Assembly (NCBI RefSeq): GCF_006345805.1
Contig: NC_042998.1
Location: 121,334,001-121,398,000 of the forward strand
DNA from: Octopus sinensis
Taxonomy: Eukaryota
Direction: 5' to 3'
Length of the DNA: 64,000 nucleotides
A model generated the notes under the pieces. That model saw nothing but the letters and a program-made list of their open reading frames with translations, was not told the origin of the DNA and did no database searches. This document shows, piece by piece, positions 12,401 to 24,200 of this stretch; positions within the stretch are counted from its first letter, which is position 1, and each line of letters opens with the position of its first letter. The position numbers and the translations under genes were made by a program.

Positions 12401-15400
12401 TTGTACTCGTCGGTAGCTGATATAAAGACTAAAAAAGACATTGGAAGTACACAGATTTTCTCTTAGTTATCATTTTAGGATTATTGTATTCATTCTTGCA
12501 GTCACAGCTTGAATAACAAACTACAAAAATTTTACACAAAGTGCAGGACTTTTATTTTGTATGTTCTCTTTGTTATTGAAGGAGAGTAGGTTTTATATCT
12601 CAATTGAAGGATGTTCTGATGGATTATTTTCATGGAAGTGACGCTGGTCTGAAGTGCTATCTGTAGATAATGCCTGTATGTAAAAGAATGAAGATATTGG
12701 GATCAGTACAAATAATTATGTCCCTCTCCTTAAATTTGGAGGGTATGTTAGAAATCATTAATATTATTCAATAAGGAGTTCCAAAACTAAATATTTAACT
12801 TTTCTTCAGGTATCAGCAGAGTCTGAAAGCATGGTTTCGACAGAAGGTATGTTTTTAAATTTTCTCTGAATTTAAAGTCAACTTATTTATTTCTGTCATA
12901 AAACGCATAACTATTTTTATTGAAATATGCTGAAACCTGAAATCATTTGATAACTTTAAGAAATATATCTTATTTTAATTATCTTCATCTTTTTAATTTC
13001 ATTGTCTTTTTTTCTCCTTTTATCTCTCTTTTACTATGATTTCTAGGAGTGAAATGAGTGTTGGTACTGAAGTAGGTTTTAGCACATATAGTGAAAATCT
13101 GTACATTGCTAAGGAGGTCTAATGGCATCAAAACAATTCTTCAGTTGTCTCCATTATTTGACTCCTGTTAATATTAGTCAATGACTTCTTTTTCTTTTCT
13201 TTTTTTTTTGTTGAGGTATATTTTTCTTGTTATCTTTTAGATGCCTCCATTATTAAATATGTTAACACTTTAACTATCATCTGAAAGATTGATGTTTACG
13301 TTTCATTTAGGCTTATCTCTGAGGAAACACATTAAGTTTCTACAAAAATCTTGTACCAATATACTAGTCAGTTAGTGAAAATGAAGAATTTGTCTTTTAT
13401 CTACTTAACACTAAAGCATTTGGAGTTAAACATTAACCTATGGACCATTGTAAGTAGTTTAAAAATAGATTTGAACTGGTATCAGACAATATTTTCATAT
13501 TTAATGCTTTATTTATATCTTGATTTCCTGTAGCTATGGAGTAATTATATTATTCTACCTACGACAATGCATTGTATCCTTGCGCAAGTTACATCAATCT
13601 AACTAAATTATTCCTATAATGAAATACTTACTAACAAGGGATCCTCTACATGGTCGCTAGGCTTGCTAAAAACAGTAGACAAATCTTCTTCAGCTTACTC
13701 TCTACCATCTGAGAAAAAATGAGGCTCACATTGGATTGTGTAGTTAGATGTTAAATGCCTGTAAAAAGATTGGGACAGTCATGATTGGAAAACCTTTGAT
13801 CATAAATTTGTTCATTCAGTGCTGATTTGGAGGCTACATGATAACATCTATAACAACATGTATGATATGTAAAATTGCCCAAATTTTCAGAAGCAGTCAG
13901 TCTATGTTAACAAGGGAGAAGACATCTAAAACAGTAAAAAGAAATCAGTGTCTCATAAGCTGTTTCTTTCAATTAATTGTTTTGTTTGAAAACTGTTACA
14001 TACATCTCCTTATTTCTTAGATGTCAAAAGAAGAATTTGATACGGAAGCTAGGAAAATGCTAAAGGCTGACATGGGTAAGCTGCAAAAACCTATTGTTAC
14101 CATAATTTATTGACATTCTCCTAGTATGCATTAATTAAACATATTGAATGTCACAGTCTCTTTTGCTGCTATTTTCAGATTGCTTTTGGGATTTTTCTCC
14201 CTTTTTTGTTATCTCAAGTTTTTTCATTTGTTCACTCATTGTCAAAGAGTTAATCAAATTTTTTAAATGATCAAAGGATTTAAAAGTATATTTTATGTAA
14301 AGATTTGTGTTGAATTAACTTATCTTATTCAAATCAATATTTTTTCTATCAGTTATTAACATATCTCTGAAGTTTGGTGCTCAGCCACTTGCATGTTAAT
14401 TTCATGAACAGGTTATTCTGTTGATGGGATTGGTTGGAACTCTTGTTGTCATAACTGATTGAGTGCCAATTATAAATGAATAATAAATAAAAGAAATATA
14501 TAATTTATATGAACTTATTGACACTATTTCTCATACATTTTTTCTTGCAGTTCTCAGTTTGTTTATTTTCATCTTTTTCAGTTCACTTACACAACCGCTT
14601 CCTTTTATCCATTCTAGCCAAATGTCAAGTCTTAAGTAATACACCAGGTAAAATTCTATCATTCTTCTTCTTCTTCTTCACTAGAAATGTTCTTGGTTCT
14701 TGTAGCAAATGTTCTTTGTGATAATAAGTCATAGCCACATAGATAAGTTTGCTCTGCATTTATGCAGTTCTAGGTTTAATTCTACTGTGTAGCACCTTGG
14801 ACAAGTATCTTCTATACAAAACTCTCAATTGACCAATGTTTTATAAAAGGAATTTGGTATGCAGAAACTCTGTAGAAGTATGCCATGTGTGAGTGCATAT
14901 GTTGTGTATGTCATGTGTGAGTGCATATATATTTATACATGCACATATATCATTATCACCATCATTTTAATGTCCACTTTCCATAAGGCATCATCATCTT
15001 CATCATCGTTTAATGGAAAGAGGATCTCAATGATGATGATGATGCATGACAGCTCAAGGTGTTGATGAATAGTCAGCAGCATTGGGGAGCATAAAAATTA
15101 TAGTTGTAGTTGAGAAAATGTTAGCTGACATAGAGGACTGAAACCATTTGAATATTGCTAAAGGAATTATTGTATAATGATGATTTGTGCTGGGTGTCAA
15201 AATGTCTATAACATGACTGCTACTCAATGCTCTGTGAAGACTGTAAAGGCTGTAAGATGTGACATGGATAGCTGCAATGGAGAATACAAGTCCATGGCCA
15301 GCATGAAGGGACATGGAAGGCATTCTAACTGCATCCATACACTGGAATTCAGATGGCTATGTGAAGCTGCTGGAGACCATGGTCATTCCTTGGCTGGAGA

Positions 15401-18400
15401 GGGTTGCTGTTGGGAGACCATTTGTGTGTCAACAAGATTTGGCTCTTTGCCATACTTGCAGAAAGAGTCAGAAGTGGTGTCAGAGAATTTCTATGACTTC
15501 ATCAGCCCCAGTTTCTGGCCTCTTGTTTCCCTGCTTGTAATCCTATGGATTACTTTGTGTGGGGCACGGTTGAAAAAGACACCAAATACTCTGCCTGCAA
15601 TACCAAGCCAAACTGGGGATCAAGATCAAGGAGGTTTTCAAAGATCTTCCTAAGGACACAGTGAGGAATGCTGGAGCTGTTTTGAGGCCATGGTGGAAGC
15701 TGAGGGCAGCTACTTTGAGTAAAGTGTTATCTTCATTCTATAATCTAGTTGATATTTTTTGATTCTTTAAAATACTTTTATCTTTGGATGGTATATTGTG
15801 TTTTCTTTTCCTTTTATGCAAGCTGTTAATATGTATATATGTACAGTGGCCTTCTTTCAGTGTTTGTGTAGCAAATTCACTCACAAGGCTTTGGTTGTTT
15901 GGATGCTATAGTAGAGGACACTTGCCCAAGTTGCCATGCAGTGGAACTGAGCTTGAAACTGTGGTTGGAAAGCAAATTTCATGACCACAGAGCCACAACC
16001 ACGCAGTCTTGGGTTCAGTTCTACTGCATAGCATCTTGGGCAAATGTCTTACACTACTTTTGACCAGATTTGGTAGATGAATCCTGAAAGAAGCCTGTTA
16101 TTCATCATAGTCCTCCAGGCAATAACAGAAATATTCAAGACAGGATGCCCCTGGGAGCTTTTCTTTGCTGATGACATTGCTCTAGAGGAGAAGTTTCAGA
16201 TGTGGAAGCAAGGACTAGAATTGAAGGGCCTTAGAGTCAACCTAGCAAAAACCAAAGTCTTAATAAATAGGAAGGCAGACAAACCACAAATCCCTTCAGG
16301 TAGATGGCCCTGCATGATCTGTTGAAAAGGCATAGGTAGAAACTCCATAAGATGTACCCAGTATATGCTATGGACACATACAAGGTGCAGCAATATTAAA
16401 GGAAGGCTAACTGAGAAGATAGTTTTTGTGTGTGGTAAATGCCCAGGGCCAATAAACAATGAAAATGTTCAGAAAGCAGCTTCCATCACATTCCTGGGGA
16501 AAACTACAAGTAGTTGATAGCTTCCATTAACTCGGTGATCAGGTCAGTAGCATTGTGGGGATGCTCTGAAAGTGCAACTGCTAGAATAAGATTAGTCTGG
16601 GCAAAGTTCAGAGAGCTCCTACCTCTGCTGGTGACAAAAGGCCTCTCACTCAGAGTAAAAGGTAGACTGCATGTGAGCAAGCAGCCATGCTACATGCCAG
16701 TGAAACATGGGCCTTGACTGCTGAGAACATGCATAAGCTTGCAAGGAATGAAGCCAGTATGCTCTGCTGGATGTATAATGTCAATGTATATGCATGACAG
16801 TGTAAGCACCTCGAGAGAAAAGTTGGACTTAAGAAGCATCAGATGTGTGCAAGAGAGACAACTGCTCTAGTATGGTCATGTGTTGCATATGGATGAGGAC
16901 AGCTGTGTGAAAAAGTGTCACACCCTAGCAGTAGAGGGAACCCGTGGAAGAAGTAGACCTAGAAAGACATGGGATGAGATGGTGAAGCACGACCTTCGAA
17001 CATCAGGCCTCACCGAGGCAGTGACAAATGACCAAGACCTTTGGAGATATGCTGTGCTTGAGAAGACCCAGCAAGCCAAGTGAAACCATAACTATGGCCT
17101 ATGCCAGTACAGCATAACCAGCCCATTTAAGAGTACCCTTCAATCATTGGGCTATAAACTGCACTTGCAAAGACCTGTTGAGGCAAGTGAAATCATTGTT
17201 GTGGCCGATGACAGTACCACCTGATTGACACCTGTGCCAGTGATGCATTGAAAGCATCATTCGAGCGTGATTGTTGCCAGTGCTGCCTGATTGGCTCCTG
17301 TGCCAGTGGCATATAAAAAACACCATCCATGCGTGGTCGTTGCCAGTACCACCTGACTGGCTCCTGTGCTAGTGGCATGTTAAAGGCAACATCTGAATGT
17401 GGTTGATCTTCCTGACTGGTCCTCATGCAGGTGGCATGTAAAAAGCACCCACTACACTCTCGGAGTGGTTGGCATTAGGAAGAGCATCCAGCCATAGAAA
17501 GTTTGCCAGATCGGATTGTAGCCTGGTGCAGCCTTCTGGCTCGCTAGCCCTCAGTCAAACTGTCCAATCCATGCCAGCATGGAATGTGGATTTTAAGCAA
17601 TTATGATCATGATGATGATGATCTATATTGTGTGTGTGTATGTTTTACTCTCACCTTGTTTTGACATTGCATAGTAGTTATGAGTGTCACTGTAATAGAA
17701 GCAGTATAATTTATTTTCAATATTCTGTGCAAACATGTCTGGCCATGGGGAAATATCTTGCTTGGAAACAAGTAAGGGTTGGTTGCACAAAGGGCATTCA
17801 ACTATTGGAAATCTGCCTAAATAAACTACTTACAGCATGTGAACATGGAAAAGCAGAGTTAAAAATGATGATGATGAAAGGGGGAGTAGCAAGGAACAAT
17901 TTCAGGAACTAAAAGAAAAGCTAGACATCAGGTATATGTAGCACAGAGACAAGCTACAAGTAAGAGGCTGGTTAGTGTTCTGCTACAAGGTGGTCAGAAG
18001 TATGAAGTATTCCAGCAGTGTGTCAGAGTGAATCAGGATACTTTTGGTGAACAGTGTATACAGAATGCTATTGGCACATTTGCCCTCTCTGACAGGGAAA
18101 AGAAAATGCCATGGAGATATTATAAGAATTTGTTGAATAAGAAGAATGCAAAGAGGAGAGAGAGCCAATAGAAGGCCCAGTTATTGTATTGAAGTTGACA
18201 GCTGTACAGTTGAAAGCACAAATAAGGATATGAATGCAGAGAAAGCACCTAAGACAAAGTTAGTTGATGAGATGCTGAAAAATATCCTGCAGAGTAGTGT
18301 AGTCAAGTAGAAGGTGGTGTCACGTTCAATGAATTGCATAGCAGTATCACCATTGACAATTGCAACAAAGGGGTACATTAAAAGAAGAAACTAGAGAGGC

Positions 18401-21266
18401 ATCAAACTTATGGTTCAAGTTATGAAAGTAACAGAAAATGTTTTAGCACAGCTGAATAGAAATAAAATTAGCTTAGATAAGATGCAGTTTTGGTTTGTAC
18501 CATGACGTGTTACCATAATACTTTTTCTTTGTAAGACAACGTCAGGAGAAACTCTTAGCTAAAAGCAAGTTACTATATTTGGGATACTTTGGCTGTTGTT
18601 AGCTAAATAAATTAATTTTACTTTAGCTGTTGTCAACTAAATAGATTTATTTTACCAAGTATTGAATTAGGAAAATGAACCAGTCACTATGAAGTTCTGA
18701 AGTGTTTGTTTAAGTGTAGTATTTAAGTGACCTTTAAATATACAAATGGCCATGTTGTAGTTTTTCTTTTATCTGATGTGACAAATATCTACATGTTGTA
18801 TTGCAGCTCCTGCAGAGAAATCGCCAAGTGCCTCAAATTCTTCTCCAAAACAGAAACCAAAGTTAAAAAGGAAGGCAACAACTGCAACAACAAATAGAAA
18901 CAATTATACAGTAAATTATACAATATTTTTGTTTACTTCTATCTCTGATCTTTTGTTTTAAATCTCTCTCTTTTTTTATTATCTTATTGTTTGATATATG
19001 CATATCTAAATGTTACAGTTATAAAAATAAAAGAAAAAGATTTTTAGTAAATAATGCAGAATTTATTCATATATTTATTTAAACTAAAATTTTTAGTCAT
19101 GATTCAAGTTTAGGTTGGGAAATATATCTAACTTTTACAAGCTGGTATGGATAAGACTTCTTGAAGCAGTATTCAATGGCCAGATACTTTTCCTAACACC
19201 AGTCCCTACTTGTTTTCAAATAAAGTACTTTATTCCATATCTCTGCATGCTGAACTACTAAGCTATCAAACATTTTATTTATGCTGACCAGAAAGATGAC
19301 ACTGTTACCCACATAATGTCAGATGCAGAGACACATGCAAATAGACAGACACACAGTTCACAATATGAAAGTTACCAAAAGAGTTATAATGTAATTGATT
19401 AATATGAGAATTAAGATAGATGTGATGGAGTTTGGTTTTGTATTTGGAAGAAGTACTATTAATGCAGTTTTCCTTGTGAGACAGTTGCAAAAGTATCAAG
19501 TCTTGAGTAAAGCCCTGTGCAAGTATGCACACACACACACACACACATCATCACATAATGTCCATACTCGCATGGGTTGGATGGTTTGACCAGTGCTGGT
19601 AACCTGGAGAGCTGCGTCAGGCTTCAGTCTGATTTGGCATGGTTTCTATGGTTGGATGCCCTTCCTAATGCCAATCACTTTACATAGTGTGCTGGGTGCC
19701 TTTACATGGCACCACACAAGTGCTTTTATGTGGCACTAGCACAGGACTCTTGCAGGCCAATCCTCTTCACCAGTGGGAGTGGCCTTAACATTTCTGCTGT
19801 GAAGTTGAGGTCTTCTTGAGTACAGGAAGGCACTAGGTATCTTGGTCCTTTGTCAGACACCAGGTATCTCGGTCAACCACTGCATATGGGGTAGAATTGC
19901 TCTCAACTATAGGTGTGAATAGTTTGGCTTCAATAAGGCAGAGGTGTGGTATACCTGGAGCCTTGAATCTGTGGATATCACCTTGTTATTCAACTTATTA
20001 TTTATATATTTGATCAGCTCTGACCTGGGTCTGCACAATATGCTAAATATATTTATGTCCAAGTCAATGGTCTTATATGGGGTGTTTGTAAGAATTTGCT
20101 CACAGACATTCATATCAAGCAAATCCTAACAAATATAGTTGCTCGAAATGCTAGAAATAGCTGTCAAATTCATCAAAATCACCCTACTATCTTACGTAAA
20201 GGAAGAATACTCTAGATAATGTAGTTCTAAATAAACCTTTTACAGACAAGATAGTCACAAATAGAATTCCTTTGATCATAGTCTTGCTTAATCTAAGTTC
20301 ACCTGGAACCAGACAAGCAATATCAATATCAAAATTCAATAGTTTTTGAAAATGTTTTACTTCTAACACCCTCTCCTTTTGTTTAACTTTATTTAACTAT
20401 AAATTTATTAATCATCTATAGCATACTTAATTTCATTTATTAGCTAAAATAATTTACATCACTTATTGTTATCTAAAAAAAGACTATTTTTTAACATAAG
20501 TCTTATTTTATTTACTAATTTCAGCAAAAATTTATACCTGTGAATCCTATTTCTTATGCTCCAGTTGTTAGTCCACGCAGTTTGGAAGATGACATAAATG
20601 TTGGTAAGTTTCAAAGCTTAGAGGTAGGAGAGGAACAGATTTTTTTTTTGTAAATTTTCCTAGTATTTTTTTTATATTCCATTATTATAAAATTTTGCAA
20701 TAATGGCAATTCTCTTCTGTAAAAATTTCAACTGTTTTCAATCTTTTGCAACCAACTTCTCTATCATATTTTCCCCTAATGATGGTTAGAGTGAAACTAA
20801 CAAAAATAAATTGCAATTCCATTGCACCTGGAAGTCTGATACAGATTGTGAACCACATTACAGTACTAAATAGTAGTTGCGATGTAACGTGTAAGTCTGC
20901 ATCACAAATTCTGTCCTATATTCTAATCAAAGTATAAGTTCTCTCTACCGTATTTATTTAGAAGGTTGGAAAGTTGATCCTGCAATGATCAGATACTCTC
21001 ACATCAAAGTTTTTACTTTTTTTCCATTTCCAGTCCTCTTCCTACTACTAATTCTTCTGGTTGTAATTTAACATTGTTGTGTCCATGTACGCCAGGTATA
21101 CGCAATAAGCAAAGTAATGTGTTTTGGTTCAGGACACACAACATAGTGGTTCTAATGTGAACAGGAATATATAATTATTTATTTAATATCTTAACCTCAC
21201 CTCTCAGTTCCTCTTTCTATTTTTGTAATATAGGTTAAAGCATCAGCTGTAAGAAAATGCTTTGTT

Positions 21267-21299
<33 letters not shown>

Positions 21300-24200
21300 C
21301 ATTTGTTTAATGCCTATTTTCCATGCTAAAATGACTTAGATGAAACTAACTTTTGAGGCAGAATTTATATTGTTGGATACACTTCTTGTTACTTTTAACT
21401 GTTCTACAAGTAATTCCAGGGTAATTTGTGAGTGCACAGAGAGATAGTGGATGATTTTGCTGACAGGAAATATCAAGAGACTTAACTAATTGTAGCTTAA
21501 CCAAAAAATGATAGTGTCACCATCTGTGCCCATAATTCAGTGTTGTTTTGTAGATATACACACAAGCATGCATGCACACATACATATATGATGGGCTTCT
21601 TGCACTTTTCCATCTACTAAATTCCTGCATAAGGCATTGGTTAATGAAGGGCTGTAGTAGAAGACATTGCTTAGTGGGACCCAAAACAACATGGAAGAGG
21701 TAAACTTTTTGAGTACACAGCTTATGTGTGTGTGTCTATACATTTAACATGTGTATAGATAGACAGCTATAGCAGCAAAAATCATGTGAAAATGGACATC
21801 GGATCTTAATGCAGTCTTCTAGCTTATTGGAACCTGAAAAACCATCCAACTCATGCCAACATGGAAGACAAATTGAATGATGATGATGAAGTACAGGTAT
21901 GACTGTGTGATTAGGAAATCCACTTCACAAATACTTAATTTCATGTTCAGTCCCACTGTGTGGCACCTTGGGCAAGTGTCTTCTACCATAGCCCTAGGCC
22001 TACGAAAGCCTTGGGAGTGAATTTAGTAGATGGAAACTGAAAGAAGCCCACCTTGTGTATCTGTGTGTTGTCTTGTCTTCATATTGTACAATAATTTTAA
22101 ACAAGGGCCATGGTTCATAAAATCAATATTGTTCATTTCCAATCTTCCATGAAAACATGTCAGAACTTGTGGAAATAATACTTTGGTTGGCAACTAAAAG
22201 GGCACCTGGCTGTAACAATATCTGCTTCAATAAATTTCATTTGATTTATGCAAGCATGGAAAAATAGGTGTTAAACCAACAATGATATATATTATGTATT
22301 TACTTACATGGACGCACACCAACACAAGCATAAAGTATTTTATTTTATTTTATAAGGGTTTTCTTCTCGAGAAGCAACATTACCAGATATTTCCATGGTT
22401 CATGGTCGTATGTATGTTTGTGCCTGGGAGAATGGCCTCGATGATGTGGCTGAGAATGCTGTAAAGTTTGTCATGACAGCGGTAGAAGTAAGTATCTTTT
22501 TACTGATATCCCTCTTTTTCAGAAGATTTTTTTTGTTAAACATGTTCTAGGTTCTAATATTGAAATATTTCAACTATATTGAAACTCCATAAGAGGGCAC
22601 GTCTGTGTGTTATATTGAAACTGTACTACCGAATACCTTTGTCTAAAATGTGAAACTTCACAGAAATACTTCTATCTGTCGCCCTGATAGGTGAGACTAC
22701 ACTATTTCTCACTTCAGTTGACAAACAAACTATCAAAAATAAGAATGTCAAGCAGAATATTTATCTCATCAGATGTTAGATTTAATTTAAACAAGCTGTT
22801 ACAATAAATGTTCTCCGTAACAGTTAAAATGTGCCTCAAAAATAAACTGTCAACTTCTGGTTTTTCTAATGTATTTTTGAACAACAATCTTTACATGATG
22901 GCAAAAGATTAAAGCTTTATTATATCATCTTGACACATGTCAGTACCACATTATCTTTGTCTCGTTATGTCACTATTTTTGTAGAGTATAGAAGAAATCA
23001 GCAACGAATTGTGTGAGATTTTGGAAAAAGAATGATATTCTTAATATTTGCAGGTGTAAAGGTGTAATGGCTGTGAGGTTAAGCTGTTGAAATACATGGT
23101 CATAAGTTCAAATCTTATAACTGTTGTGTTGTGCTCTTCAGCAAGATGCCTAAATCTGCTTGCTCTAATTTACCTAACTGAATATGGGGCAGGTTTTACT
23201 CTTATTTCACAGTCGAGAGGTTAACTCTAGGGAGCACAGCCATTCAACAATTAAAAATAATTTCTCTAACAATTAAACTGTTCCAACCTTGGAAGGGTTG
23301 ACATAAAATAGTCTAACAACAAAAAAGGTATAGAAATAGGGAGGAAAAGGCAAAAATTCTTTCTCATCAGAAATTTTTTTATGGTAACTTTGCTCTCATA
23401 ACTGATTAAGCATTGGTTTAATGACACAGGTTAAACTTGCTGCATGTGAAGTATACATTCTGATACTACTGTTCGACTGTCTTATATTTTATTCTAATAA
23501 TGTCTGTCATATCTCACTCTTTGAAACTAAACAGTTTTTGTATGGAATCCAAATAAAAATCAGTTTTTATTTTGAGTCAAATATCTGTGGTTTTAGCTCT
23601 TCCAATGTTTGCCATTGTATAGCATGGAGTTGGTGTTATTGTGATGATAGATCCTCCATCGGTTTCAACAATGAGCATTCTGTTGTTCAATCAACTGACT
23701 ACCCACATGTTAAATTTGTGTAAGTGACTGAGTATTCTACACACATGTACTCTAAATATAATTTTCAGGTCGAATCAGCCTAGCAAAACAATGATACAAA
23801 ATATAAAGTTGGATGTTTAATTGTTGATATAATCTATCTGATGGGCTTCCACTCATTTTATGTCCACATAATTTCAATTATATAGCTTGAGTTAACTTGA
23901 GGCGATAGTAAAAGACACATGCCCAAGATGCTATACAGTACTATTGAATCTAAGGCCTCATGATTGTGAAACAAACTTTGAAACCACTCAGCCATGCCTG
24001 CATCTGCAAATGTAGAGCCAATATAAAAAAAAAAATTGCACAAACATCTCATCATGGTCTACATTTCCAAAAGTATTATTTTCATTAATTACTCTATATT
24101 TTTAACATCAGCTTTAAATTTAAATAACATCAGTGTAGGTGAAAAGAATTAAATTCTGTTAATGTTAATCCCCTGGTTAACCTTTATTTTTCAGAGTCAA

